This document shows, piece by piece, positions 1 to 9,442 of a stretch of DNA of 32,000 bases. A model generated the notes under the pieces. That model saw only the letters and a list, made by a program, of their open reading frames with translations. It was not told the origin of the DNA and made no database searches. Source of the DNA: Lysobacteraceae bacterium (GTDB lineage: Bacteria > Bdellovibrionota > UBA1018 > JAGTJX01); NCBI GenBank assembly GCA_023657465.1, contig JAGTJX010000003.1, positions 39,436-71,435 of the forward strand, written 5' to 3'. Made by a program: the position numbers and the translations under genes. How positions within the stretch are numbered: position 1 is the first letter of the stretch; the number at the start of each line of letters is the position of its first letter.

Positions 1-792
1 CTCGCTTGGGAGAAAATTGGCTTCTCATTCTTCACGACTTCTCATTGGAATCCTGTAAAGCATCAATACGGAGTGGCAGCATTCGCGTGGGCCACACTCG
101 TGACCTCACTCCTAGCACTTCTGATTTCGACTCCACTCTCTCTAGCAGTCGCAGTGAGTGTGACTGAACTCATGAAGAAGCGCGCAGGTCGCGTATTTGG
201 ATTCTTCGTGGATATGCTGGCCGCAATCCCTAGCGTAGTCTACGGACTCTGGGGAATATTCGTACTCGTCCCACTCATGCGCACGCAAGTGCAGCCCTGG
301 TTGTTTGAGAACTTGGGATGGATAGGAATTTTCTCCGAAGTTCCATACGGAGTGGGGATCCTCACTGCATCGATCGTGCTTGCGATCATGATTCTACCCA
401 CGATGAGCTCATTGCTCAGGGAGGTATTCCAAACGATTCCACTCACTCAGAAAGAAGCAGCCCTGGGATTAGGCGCGACGAAGACGGAAATGATTTATCT
501 CTCTGTGGTGAAATCATCTAAGAGCTCGATCGTAGCTGCTATGGTTTTAGGCTTGGCGCGAGCACTGGGCGAAACAATGGCAGTTACTATGGTAATCGGC
601 AATCGTAACGACTGGATGAAGTCGATCTTCTCTCCCGCACAAACTATGGCATCACTCATCGCCAACGAATACGTCGAAGCTACTCATGATCTACACCTCT
701 CTGCATTGGCGCTGGTGGGCGTGACGTTGCTTATGATCTCATCTGTGATTCAACTCGTCTTCCGTGCGATTTATGCCAGAGGGAGGAAATAA
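1..792 (+). CDS. pstC: Phosphate ABC transporter permease PstC (5' end outside window)
   Basis: The frame stays open from nt 1 (LAWEKIGFSFFTTSHWNPVKHQYGVAAFAW...) into the 73..792 ORF. It is a polytopic permease with an EAA-type loop (KEAALGLGATKTEMI). It sits directly upstream of pstA and pstB. Confidence 0.9.
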   Translation, partial: LAWEKIGFSFFTTSHWNPVKHQYGVAAFAWATLVTSLLALLISTPLSLAVAVSVTELMKKRAGRVFGFFVDMLAAIPSVVYGLWGIFVLVPLMRTQVQPWLFENLGWIGIFSEVPYGVGILTASIVLAIMILPTMSSLLREVFQTIPLTQKEAALGLGATKTEMIYLSVVKSSKSSIVAAMVLGLARALGETMAVTMVIGNRNDWMKSIFSPAQTMASLIANEYVEATHDLHLSALALVGVTLLMISSVIQLVFRAIYARGRK

Positions 793-794
793 AA

Positions 795-1637
795 ATGAAA
801 AGTAATTTCCGAAAAACTAAAGATCTATCACTTAAAGTGCTCTATATTATGGGGGTACTCATAGCAATTGCGCCACTCGTTTCTGTGCTCTGGACAGTCG
901 TCCGAGAAGGATATGGAGCACTGACTCCGACATTCTTCACGAATACACCTGCGCCAGTAGGCGAAGTAGGAGGAGGGATTGCGCATGCGATTATAGGAAG
1001 TTTTGTAGTTGTAGGGCTTGCATCAATCGTTGCAATTCCTTGGGGAATTATTCTTGGGATTGCGAGATCTGAGTTTCCTAAGACAATTACTGATAATATT
1101 TTAGGATTCGCGATTGATCTCTTCATGAGTATTCCGACATTATTAATCGGTTTGTTTGCTTATGGACTCATCGTCATGCGGATGAGAACATTCTCTGCTT
1201 GGTCGGGAGCGTTTGCTCTCATGCTCATTATGGTTCCACTCATTACGAAGACGACTGAAGAGATGTTGAAGCAGGTGCCACTCACAGTACGTGAAGCAGG
1301 ATTGGCCTTAGGATTACCGCGTTGGAAAGTGATTCTGCGAATCATTTTGCCGGGATCTATAGGGGCTGTGAGCTCAGGTGTTCTCCTAGCGTTGGCTAGA
1401 ATATCAGGTGAAACCGCTCCCTTGCTGTTTACAGCATTTGGTATGAGGACTTTCTCACAATCACTCTCCGAACCCATTGCAACACTACCCGTTCAAATTT
1501 ATACCTATTCCATCTCGCCTTATGATGAGTGGAGATCACAGAGTTGGGGAGCGGCTCTGGTGTTAGTGATGTTGGCTCTAGTTGTGAATGGGGTGACTCG
1601 AGCATTAATCGGTTCCCGAACCAGAGGTAAAAAATGA
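795..1637 (+). CDS. pstA: Phosphate ABC transporter permease PstA
   Basis: A 280-aa polytopic protein with the motifs [11 protein letters not shown] and [15 protein letters not shown], typical of PstA. It starts 2 nt after the pstC stop and overlaps pstB by 4 nt. Confidence 0.9.
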   Translation: MKSNFRKTKDLSLKVLYIMGVLIAIAPLVSVLWTVVREGYGALTPTFFTNTPAPVGEVGGGIAHAIIGSFVVVGLASIVAIPWGIILGIARSEFPKTITDNILGFAIDLFMSIPTLLIGLFAYGLIVMRMRTFSAWSGAFALMLIMVPLITKTTEEMLKQVPLTVREAGLALGLPRWKVILRIILPGSIGAVSSGVLLALARISGETAPLLFTAFGMRTFSQSLSEPIATLPVQIYTYSISPYDEWRSQSWGAALVLVMLALVVNGVTRALIGSRTRGKK

Positions 1638-2410
1638 GCGCTGAATTTACACCATCTCCCATCCTTCAAGTTGAGAACGTCAATGCGTACTTCTCAGGTT
1701 TCCATGCGGTGAAGAATATTTCTCTGGCGGTTCCTGAACATCAAGTCACTGCACTTATTGGACCCTCAGGTTGCGGTAAGTCCACATTCATCAGATCACT
1801 CAATCGTCTTCACGAAGAAACTGAAGGTGCTACGCTGACAGGTGAAGTGAGACTAGCTGGAAAAAATATTTATACTCCAGGAGTCGATCCTGTTGAGATC
1901 AGGCGTCAAATCGGAATGGTTTTTCAGAAAGCAAATCCATTCCCAGGCATGTCGATTTATGAAAACGTTGCTGTGGGGCTCACACTCCAAGGTGGATTCT
2001 CAAAAGTCGAAATTGAAAACCGAGTGGAGAAGGCACTTCGTTCATCCGCACTCTGGGATGAAGTGAAAGACAAGTTGAAGAAGCCAGGTACTTCGCTCTC
2101 GGGTGGTCAGAGTCAGCGTCTGTGTATCGCACGTGCTCTTGCAGTGGAGCCTAAGGTGATTCTGATGGATGAGCCGACTTCAGCTCTTGATCCGATTTCT
2201 ACAGCACGCATTGAAGAACTTATTTTTGAACTGAAGAAACAAACCACAGTTGTGATCGTCACGCATAATATGCAGCAGGCAGCGAGGGTTTCAGATTTTA
2301 CAGCGTTCTTCCTCATGGGAGAGCTCATTGAGATGGGGATCACGAAGACGATATTCACTAATCCTAAAGAGCGACAAACTGAACACTACATCACAGGGAG
2401 GTTCGGATGA
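1634..2410 (+). CDS. pstB: Phosphate ABC transporter ATP-binding protein PstB
   Basis: Walker [13 protein letters not shown] signature LSGGQSQRL and Walker [12 protein letters not shown]. Length and N-terminus are PstB-like. Confidence 0.95.
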   Translation: MSAEFTPSPILQVENVNAYFSGFHAVKNISLAVPEHQVTALIGPSGCGKSTFIRSLNRLHEETEGATLTGEVRLAGKNIYTPGVDPVEIRRQIGMVFQKANPFPGMSIYENVAVGLTLQGGFSKVEIENRVEKALRSSALWDEVKDKLKKPGTSLSGGQSQRLCIARALAVEPKVILMDEPTSALDPISTARIEELIFELKKQTTVVIVTHNMQQAARVSDFTAFFLMGELIEMGITKTIFTNPKERQTEHYITGRFG

Positions 2411-3108
2411 GTACAAATGGAAAGATCCTGATTGTAGAAGATGAATCCGATATTCGTGATCTCATGATGCTTCACTTAACCCGAGCAGGATATGAGTGCC
2501 TGGGGTTTTCTGAAGTCGGTGGATCGTTGGATAATATTAAGACAGGCGATATCTCTCTTGCGATTGTAGATTGGATGTTACCCGATATCAGCGGCTTAGA
2601 ACTCATTCGCCAAATTCGTAGGGTGAAGACTTCAGATGCACTTGGAGTTCTCATGGTCACTGCTAAGGGTGAACCCTCGGATGTGATCTTAGGTCTTGAA
2701 GTAGGAGCTGATGATTATCTTATTAAGCCGTTTGATGTTCAGGTGCTCACAGCTCGTGTTCGGGCACTCATGCGAAGGATTTCTGTTTCGAAGGAAGTGG
2801 CGTCACATCCTAAGTCTATTCTCACGTTGGGAAAACTTTCACTCAACACAGATTCATTCGAAGCGACAATCGACGGCGAGAAGGTGCCTCTGACCAAGAG
2901 CGAGTTCATGCTTCTCCAAGTATTACTAGAGAACCGAGGCAAGGTGCTATCGCGTGAAAAGCTCATGGATTGTATCCAGGGCGAAGGAGTGAACACAGTA
3001 GATCGCGTAATCGATACGCACGTCTTCGGACTGCGCAAGAAAATCGGTGAAGTCGCAGATCAGATTGAAACCGTACGAGGCATTGGTTATCGGGTGAAGT
3101 GGGAATGA
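2407..3108 (+). CDS. phoB: OmpR/PhoB-family response regulator (PhoB-like)
   Basis: Receiver domain ([26 protein letters not shown]) plus a winged-helix C-terminus (TVRGIGYRV). It overlaps pstB by 4 nt. Confidence 0.85.
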   Translation: MSTNGKILIVEDESDIRDLMMLHLTRAGYECLGFSEVGGSLDNIKTGDISLAIVDWMLPDISGLELIRQIRRVKTSDALGVLMVTAKGEPSDVILGLEVGADDYLIKPFDVQVLTARVRALMRRISVSKEVASHPKSILTLGKLSLNTDSFEATIDGEKVPLTKSEFMLLQVLLENRGKVLSREKLMDCIQGEGVNTVDRVIDTHVFGLRKKIGEVADQIETVRGIGYRVKWE

Positions 3109-4235
3109 GTTGGTTAAGTCGCGACTCCTCTCGTGAGAAAATCATTCACACTCTCAAATCCTGGACTCCAGGTGAGCCACTTCCTGTAGCAGAAATTCCT
3201 GAACTAGAAGAATGGTTCAAGCGGATCAATCAAATTGCATTGGGAGAGAAGGATCTCTGGCAGGGCATCTTAAATGCACAGCCTGATCCTGCGTGTTTAC
3301 TAAGCTTAGTAGGTAAAATCGAAGCGAAGAATCATAAATTCAAAGATAAATTCGGAGAAGGCAAGCGCATTGAGGATTCTGTGCGTGATCCAAAGGTTCT
3401 TGAGACTGTAGAAGGCGTACGCAAAGGATCGATAGGCGCTTCATCCAAGATCGAAGTCAAAATTTCTGAGAGATTCTATAAACTACGGGTCTCTCGCCTT
3501 GAGGCGTATGTTTATTGTGTGTTTCAGGATCAGACGGATCTCAAACATGCGATTGAAGACAGATCTCAGTTACTGAGTGATATCGCACACGAGTTACGTA
3601 CACCACTTACAGCCATCTTGGGTTTCAGTCAGACATTGAAGCAAGATCTGAAGACGACGCCGATCGAAGAGTGTGCGTCGTTCATCGAAATCATCGCACG
3701 AAACGCTGAGAGATTAGGGGTTCTGGTTAATGAGTTCTTAGATCTCACCAGGCTCGAATCCAATGCGTTTAAAATCAACCGTGAAGTGGTCGGAGTAGAG
3801 TTACTCTGTGCTCAGGTGCTTGATCAGTTGCGTTTCGCAATCGATGAAAAGATAATCGACCTACGGATCGATCTTCAGGTGAAGTCTCTCTCTGTGGACA
3901 AGGCTCTTTTTGAACGTGCGTTTCGCAATGTGATTGAGAATGCGATTAAGTATTCTCCTCCTAAGAGCAAGATGGAGATTAGATTTAAGGCTACGTCTGG
4001 TGGATTGCGAGTTGAAGTTCAAGATGAAGGTCCAGGGATTGCTAAGGAGTTCCAAGAGCGGATCTTCGATCGCTTCTTCCGTATTGAGACTTCCAGGGCG
4101 CGCGATCAAAAGATCAGTGGATCCGGACTTGGCTTGGCTCTCGTGAAGCGTATCGTGCAAGCTCATGGTGGCACAGTCGGTGTGGAGAGTGAACTTGGTC
4201 AGGGTTCGCTGTTCTGGATTGAGCTTAGGAGCTAG
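3099..4235 (+). CDS. phoR: Sensor histidine kinase (PhoR-like), no predicted transmembrane segment
   Basis: HisKA H-box SDIAHELRTPLTAILGF. HATPase N, G1 and G2 boxes (NAIKYSP, DEGPGI, GSGLGLALV). The N-terminal ~150 aa are hydrophilic and PAS-like. It overlaps phoB by 10 nt. Confidence 0.8.
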   Translation: MGMSWLSRDSSREKIIHTLKSWTPGEPLPVAEIPELEEWFKRINQIALGEKDLWQGILNAQPDPACLLSLVGKIEAKNHKFKDKFGEGKRIEDSVRDPKVLETVEGVRKGSIGASSKIEVKISERFYKLRVSRLEAYVYCVFQDQTDLKHAIEDRSQLLSDIAHELRTPLTAILGFSQTLKQDLKTTPIEECASFIEIIARNAERLGVLVNEFLDLTRLESNAFKINREVVGVELLCAQVLDQLRFAIDEKIIDLRIDLQVKSLSVDKALFERAFRNVIENAIKYSPPKSKMEIRFKATSGGLRVEVQDEGPGIAKEFQERIFDRFFRIETSRARDQKISGSGLGLALVKRIVQAHGGTVGVESELGQGSLFWIELRS

Positions 4236-4268
4236 TTTTTAAAATCAACGCTCTCACTCCCTTATCAC

Positions 4269-4372
4269 GTTGTGGCATGAATGTGGCATCACTCAGTTAA
4301 ATTTTATAAGCACTTGAATAGAAATTCGCCAGGACTATTGCGCCTGTAAACGTGCCACATTCATGCCACAAC
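4269..4372. repeat. Perfect 20-bp inverted repeat (GTTGTGGCATGAATGTGGCA / TGCCACATTCATGCCACAAC) around a 64-nt spacer; each arm holds two TGTGGCA heptamers 11 bp apart
   Basis: Read directly. Arm 1 is 4269-4288 and arm 2 is 4353-4372, an exact reverse complement. It lies between the convergent phoR-like gene and the 397-aa gene. Confidence 0.9.
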
Positions 4373-4412
4373 CTGAAAAAAGAGAAGATGCTTTATAAAA
4401 TCCAAGTGAGTT

Positions 4413-5606
4413 CTATTTAATTTTATTTAAAAACGATTCACGCTGTTCAGGATGAAGCTTCAGTCTCTGCTTCACAGCTTCTGCGAGATCTTCAAGCTCA
4501 GGAATTCCTGTCTTCATTGGCGCGCTTGCGCCACCTGATTTCAAATCACGAATGAGCTGATCTCGCTCAAGGAGTTGTTTCTGAAGAGACTGGATTTTAG
4601 ATTCGCTGCCTTTTGCGACGGGTGTATCTCCCATGTGAAGGAGCGTGATCTCAGGAAGTGAGCGATAACCGCTCTCAGTTTTAGAAATAAGAAGAGGCTC
4701 TTCTGCAAGAAGTTCTGAACCCACAGGTTCAAGCCAGATCGCACGAACGATAGGTGCAGTCATTCGCTCAGAAGGTTTAGTGCTCATGAAGATGAGTGTG
4801 ATCTCAAGTTGGTGAGGGGTAGATGACCACTGAACCCGCATGAAATCTGAGTACCTGGAAGCCGTACGTATTGGTGAGAGACCAGACTTAGTCTTAAGCC
4901 AGAAGGACTGAATGGTTTCATTATGTGGTGGAGTTGCAAGGTGAGTTCCGACTCTCACGACTGCTGTCTCAGAATCACAGGCGAAGTGGACGAAGGGGTT
5001 GCCAGATTTGCTCACTTCTGTAGAGAAAAGAAAATCCTTCACGCCATCAATTGCAGTTGCGATTGCGTGTCTGCGTTCTTTCCAAGGTCCTGCAAACTCT
5101 TGAAGCTCAAACCAACCCTCAGTCATGAGTGAGGTGTGTTCCTTGCCATTCCATTCATAGAAGTAGATGGGGGTTCCTGCGCGGAGTAGCGGCTTGATCC
5201 CTGTGCGAGTCTTGGGGGTGATCAGTGCAGAGATGAGATTTAAATTCTCAAGAGGAGTGTACTTCGTGAGATCGAATAAATAAAATCTTGGATAATCCGG
5301 AAGATCTGGAATGTTCTTGGGATCGATGACTTCTACTGAATATGCAGCGACTGTGGGTCCAGTGTCACGTGTGAGGCCGTAATACCCTTCGACCTTCTTC
5401 CAAGCAAGATACTTGTACCAAGGGAGCATGACGAGTGCGAACTTGCCCTTCTCCATGAGCTCGACTACAGATTCTTGAGAAAGTGTGCCGTCTATGGTTT
5501 GAACATCGATCGTGGGTTTCAGTGTAGCAATGACCTTAGCGACCGTCTTCGCTGATTCTCCGTCAAGCCTTTCGTCTAGTACCCAGGCGATGATTGGGCG
5601 TTTCAT
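4413..5606 (-). CDS. Hypothetical protein (397 aa), translationally coupled to metG
   Basis: Long ORF with an ATGA overlap onto the metG stop. No motif recognised. The C-terminal ~60 aa look coiled-coil-like (KIQSLQKQLLERDQLIRDLK). Confidence 0.7.
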   Translation of the reverse strand: MKRPIIAWVLDERLDGESAKTVAKVIATLKPTIDVQTIDGTLSQESVVELMEKGKFALVMLPWYKYLAWKKVEGYYGLTRDTGPTVAAYSVEVIDPKNIPDLPDYPRFYLFDLTKYTPLENLNLISALITPKTRTGIKPLLRAGTPIYFYEWNGKEHTSLMTEGWFELQEFAGPWKERRHAIATAIDGVKDFLFSTEVSKSGNPFVHFACDSETAVVRVGTHLATPPHNETIQSFWLKTKSGLSPIRTASRYSDFMRVQWSSTPHQLEITLIFMSTKPSERMTAPIVRAIWLEPVGSELLAEEPLLISKTESGYRSLPEITLLHMGDTPVAKGSESKIQSLQKQLLERDQLIRDLKSGGASAPMKTGIPELEDLAEAVKQRLKLHPEQRESFLNKIK

Positions 5607-7159
5607 GCTTCAGCTTTCGGAAGTTCAACACGCATGAAGAGCGGAGCTTCGTTTGCAATCACGGTTCCTGGTTTGAGCGCCAAAAACTTTGAAGCTTCTG
5701 ACCAAGCACCGCTTGTACCACCTAGGCGCTTGAGTAATTCTTCGCACTTCGTAGGCATCACAGGAGTGAGGAGGATCGCTGCGATGCGCACACACTCAAG
5801 CGATATAGTGAGAGTTTCACCTGCATGAGGAAGATCAGTCTTAGCCATCTTCCAAGGTTCGCGATCAGCCAAGTACTGATTCGCATTGGTAAGCATATCG
5901 ATCACCACACCTAAAGCTTCTTGTAGTTCGTTCGATGCAAGGTGTGCTTCGAGTTTAGTGTGAGTGGAAAGTGCTACAGCTTTCAGGGCTTCAGACTTCT
6001 CAGAGAGTTTCTCTACGACTGGAAGCTGGCCGCCAAAGTACTTCGCAATCAGGCTGCAAGTACGACTGAGAAGATTACCGAAGTTATTGGAGAGTTCACT
6101 GTTCACCCTATTAATCACAAGTTCGATTGAGAATTGAGAATCATTGCCGAGACGAACATCTCTGGAGAGGAAGTATCTGAGAGCATCCACTCCGATGATG
6201 TTTTTCACATCGAGAGGCTTCACGACTGTGCCTTTGGACTTAGACATTTTCTCGTTACTTTGGGTCAACCACCAGCCATGAGCATAGATTGTACGTGGAA
6301 GCTCAAGACCTAAGGCCATGAGCATTGTTGGCCAATAGACCGAGTGAGTGGTGAGGATGTCCTTGCCGAGTAAGTGCATGACGGGGCTAGGGGACGCGTT
6401 CCACCACTTCTTGAACTCATCAGTCTTTCCAGATTGTTTGAGTCCCACACCAGTTGCGTAGTTCAAGAGAGCATCAAACCAAACATAGGTGACATAGTCG
6501 CGATCAAACGGAAGTTCAATTCCCCAAGAGAGTCTACTCTTAGGACGAGAGATACAGAGATCGTTCAGTGGCTGGCGTAAGAATCCCAAAACTTCGTTCT
6601 TACGGTATGAAGGCTCAATGAAACCAGGATTCTTTTCAATATGTGAGATCAAGCGCTCTTGATACTTAGACATTTTGAAGAAGTAATTCTTCTCAGTAAT
6701 CTTGGTGACTTCTGTTCCGGTGGGAGCTTTTCCATCCACGAGATCTTTCTCGGTGTAGAATATCTCATCGGCTTGTGCGTACCAGCCTTCGTATTCCTTG
6801 GTGTAGATTTCGCCCGCATCATGGAGTTGGCTTAAACAATCTTGGACAGCCTTCTTGTGAAATGAATCGGTTGTGCGAAAGAAGATGTCGTTACTGATAT
6901 TGAGTTCTTTCCAAATCGCGCGGAAGTTCTCAGCCATCTCATCGCAATGCTTCTTAGGATCGAGTCCTCGCTTCTCAGCTGCGGCCTGAACTTTCTGTCC
7001 ATGCTCGTCGACACCCGTGAGAAACAGAGTCGGAACACCCATGAGCCTGTGATAGCGAGCTAGCACGTCTGCCACGACAGTGCAGTACGCATGTCCAATA
7101 TGTGGGATGTCGTTCACGTAGTAGATCGGGGTGGTGATGTAGAAGGGTGCCTTGCTCAT
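5603..7159 (-). CDS. metG: Methionine--tRNA ligase
   Basis: HIGH motif (PHIGHAY), KMSKS motif and the class-I Rossmann N-terminus FYITTPIYYVN. Start is placed at MSKAPFY (ATG 7159) by analogy with the short N-termini of this MetRS type. An upstream GTG at 7225 (GTGA overlap with the preceding gene) is an alternative start. Confidence 0.93.
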   Translation of the reverse strand: MSKAPFYITTPIYYVNDIPHIGHAYCTVVADVLARYHRLMGVPTLFLTGVDEHGQKVQAAAEKRGLDPKKHCDEMAENFRAIWKELNISNDIFFRTTDSFHKKAVQDCLSQLHDAGEIYTKEYEGWYAQADEIFYTEKDLVDGKAPTGTEVTKITEKNYFFKMSKYQERLISHIEKNPGFIEPSYRKNEVLGFLRQPLNDLCISRPKSRLSWGIELPFDRDYVTYVWFDALLNYATGVGLKQSGKTDEFKKWWNASPSPVMHLLGKDILTTHSVYWPTMLMALGLELPRTIYAHGWWLTQSNEKMSKSKGTVVKPLDVKNIIGVDALRYFLSRDVRLGNDSQFSIELVINRVNSELSNNFGNLLSRTCSLIAKYFGGQLPVVEKLSEKSEALKAVALSTHTKLEAHLASNELQEALGVVIDMLTNANQYLADREPWKMAKTDLPHAGETLTISLECVRIAAILLTPVMPTKCEELLKRLGGTSGAWSEASKFLALKPGTVIANEAPLFMRVELPKAEA

Positions 7160-7221
7160 GTCAGAACAGGTTATCACAAAGGGAGCACAGCGCGAAATAG
7201 CATTGCTATTCCCCAAAGGGC

Positions 7222-8283
7222 TCACTCGTGAGCTGTAAAGGAGCTCTGGCCGTATACGAAATAATAGATTTCGCTCACAATGACTTTAAGCGCTGTAGCA
7301 ATCGGAATCGAAATGAGCATTCCGATGAGTCCGTAATATTCCTGACCGATCATGACGACACCAATCAGAAGGAGCGGGTGCAGGTTCACAAGTTTCGCAA
7401 CAAGTAATGGGAAAATCAGTACAGTATCGACGACGTTAGCGATGAGATAGATCGCAACCACTGGCCACAGTAAGTGCTGATACTCAGGTGCGGCTGCGAC
7501 GATAAGAATTCCTGGGATTGCGCCGAAGAGTGGACCCACGTAAGGAACGATGTTCGTCACTCCTGCAATGCCCGCTAGCACTAATGCATAAGGCGCATCT
7601 ATGATTCCTAAGCCTACAGCGGTGATGATACCTACGAGGAGTGCCTCTACAAGTTTTGCACGGATGTAATCGCTAAGCGATGCCGTGATTTGGTGAGAGA
7701 CCATGAAGGTCGTCTCGAAGAAACGATTGGGTACCAATTCATAGAAGCGCTTACGGAATCTGCGGCCGTCTTTCAGTAACACGAAGCTAATAATAGGAAC
7801 TAAGAAGAGGAGAGTGAGTATGTTGCCTAGCATTCCAGCGCCATGTGAAAGGAACCAGCCTGTGGTTTTGTCTTTGAATACCTTAAGAGAGTCTGCAATC
7901 TGAACGCTCTTAAGAAACGGATACTGATCCTTCCATCCTTGTTCGTAAGTTTCTAAACGCTTCAGTGTACTATCGAAGTACTGAGGAGCAGACACAGAGA
8001 ATTCATCCCACTGAGAAATAAGGGATACTGAGCCCAAGTAAGCTCCCATACCTAATCCACTCACAAGTAATATATAGATCACAGTGAGTGCGCTCGATCT
8101 GGAATATCCCTTACGCTCAACTGCAGAGACGACAGGGGTCAGAAGAATTGAGAAAACAATAGAGAGAAGTACGGCAGTACCTAAGCTCGGTGTTTGTGCA
8201 AGTAGCACAAACGTCAGCACTGTCATCGCTAGGATGAACAGGATTTTGAAAACGTCGCTTTTACTTATTCCTGAGTTTTTCAT
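7222..8283 (-). CDS. AI-2E family (UPF0118/PerM-like) transporter
   Basis: A 353-aa polytopic protein with the family-typical segment GIAGVTNIVPYVGPLFGAIPGILIVA. Confidence 0.8.
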   Translation of the reverse strand: MKNSGISKSDVFKILFILAMTVLTFVLLAQTPSLGTAVLLSIVFSILLTPVVSAVERKGYSRSSALTVIYILLVSGLGMGAYLGSVSLISQWDEFSVSAPQYFDSTLKRLETYEQGWKDQYPFLKSVQIADSLKVFKDKTTGWFLSHGAGMLGNILTLLFLVPIISFVLLKDGRRFRKRFYELVPNRFFETTFMVSHQITASLSDYIRAKLVEALLVGIITAVGLGIIDAPYALVLAGIAGVTNIVPYVGPLFGAIPGILIVAAAPEYQHLLWPVVAIYLIANVVDTVLIFPLLVAKLVNLHPLLLIGVVMIGQEYYGLIGMLISIPIATALKVIVSEIYYFVYGQSSFTAHE

Positions 8284-8794
8284 TTTCGAGCTCTGAGATT
8301 CTATCGGTGGTTTCTACGAGTCTCTGACCCAAGACTTGGGCGAGTTGAAGTAAGATTTTGATTCCCATGTTGGGTTTGCGTTCGATGATCTCCATGAGAT
8401 CGGGCTTGAAAAGTCCAATGAGTGTACAAGGTTCAATCGCAGTAGCTGAAGCAGATCTAAGAGCTTCCGTATCGATGAGTGAGAGCTCTCCGAAGAATTC
8501 ACCCTTACTTAATGTGAGAATATAATCTGAGGGTGTGCCGGTGTGCTCTTGTTTGATCCCGATTAAGCCTCGAGTGATGATGTACATTCCGAAGCCACGG
8601 TCGTTTTGTTTGAAGATGTTTTCATTCGCTTCGTAGGTGCGCTCATAGACGAAGTTGGAGAGATAGATGAGTTCTTTATTGTTGAGAGTAGAGAAGAGCA
8701 AGTTTTCTTTTAAGAGATCAATCGTTCCTGCAGATTTGTTTTTCTTCGGGTTGAAAAACTGAGCCCAAAGGATGGATTTGGAAGGAGAGCTCAT
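8261..8794 (-). CDS. Cyclic nucleotide-binding domain protein
   Basis: cNMP-binding beta-roll signature (FGELSLID....RSASA) in a 177-aa single-domain protein. It overlaps the transporter gene start by 23 nt. Confidence 0.8.
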   Translation of the reverse strand: MSSPSKSILWAQFFNPKKNKSAGTIDLLKENLLFSTLNNKELIYLSNFVYERTYEANENIFKQNDRGFGMYIITRGLIGIKQEHTGTPSDYILTLSKGEFFGELSLIDTEALRSASATAIEPCTLIGLFKPDLMEIIERKPNMGIKILLQLAQVLGQRLVETTDRISELENEKLRNK

Positions 8795-9166
8795 TTAGGT
8801 TTGACCTACTTTTTGTGAAAACTCATTCCAGTAATTCTTCATCTCGATACACTCATTCTCATCGAGGAGATAGGAATGAGTGAGTTTGATTTGTGTGAGA
8901 TTCTCGTTTTGCTTTTCTAGCACTTGGGTTGTGCTCTTTGGAAGTGAGGATTTCCAGAGGGTTTTGAGCTCGTTTGGGCTTAAGTTTGAGTCAAACTCGA
9001 GGCTGATTTGCTCTCCAGAACCACCAAATTCAACAGTCAGGCGGGAAGACGTGTCCATAAATGTCGTTTCGGCGCGTTGCTGGTCGAACATTACAGGAAT
9101 TCTAGCTCCGACGCATGCTGTCAGTCCTTGACGATCTGCAGGCTTTACTGCTAAACGGGTAGTCAC
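8795..9166 (-). CDS. Hypothetical protein (start uncertain)
   Basis: ORF abutting the cNMP-binding gene with no gap. The GTG start at 9166 leaves only 29 bp to the divergent rpsP and has no SD, so the true start may be internal. Confidence 0.45.
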   Translation of the reverse strand: MTTRLAVKPADRQGLTACVGARIPVMFDQQRAETTFMDTSSRLTVEFGGSGEQISLEFDSNLSPNELKTLWKSSLPKSTTQVLEKQNENLTQIKLTHSYLLDENECIEMKNYWNEFSQKVGQT

Positions 9167-9195
9167 TTAAAGAAATTAAAAGGAAGGTCTCTATA

Positions 9196-9438
9196 ATGGT
9201 TACGATTCGTTTGATGCGTCAGGGTGCAAAGAAAGCTCCACAATATATGATTGTTGCGGTTAACAAGCGCGGCAAGCGTGACGGTGGCTACCTTGAGAAA
9301 TTGGGCTATTACTTCCCAAAAGCGAAGACCAAAGCAGAGAAACTCAAAATCAATGCTGAAGCAGTTCATTCTTGGCTTAAAAAGGGTGCACAGCCTTCAC
9401 AGACTGTTTCTGAGCTCATTGTTGACCTAGCTAAGTAA
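9196..9438 (+). CDS. rpsP: 30S ribosomal protein S16
   Basis: MVTIRLMRQGAKKAPQYMIVA... is the canonical S16 N-terminus. SD AAGGAAGG lies upstream. Confidence 0.95.
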   Translation: MVTIRLMRQGAKKAPQYMIVAVNKRGKRDGGYLEKLGYYFPKAKTKAEKLKINAEAVHSWLKKGAQPSQTVSELIVDLAK

Positions 9439-9442
9439 ATAA

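Noticed and set aside
240-4166. Numerous 60-135-aa antisense or overlapping ORFs inside pst/pho genes, with similar nested ORFs in other long genes across the window
   Set aside because: They are fully nested in strongly supported genes on the opposite strand or in another frame, which makes them typical shadow ORFs.
4273-4288. Sigma54 promoter reading of TGGCATGAATGTGGCA (-24 GG / -12 GC spacing correct)
   Set aside because: Not adopted as the primary call. An identical copy faces it 64 bp away. No gene lies downstream of either copy, and the -12 element has G where T is preferred. It is kept only as an alternative in the finding.
8795-9166. PilZ-domain assignment for the 123-aa ORF next to the cNMP-binding protein
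   Set aside because: The RxxxR and D/NxSxxG motifs are not both present (the sequence has DTSSRL, with no Gly). The resemblance is too weak.
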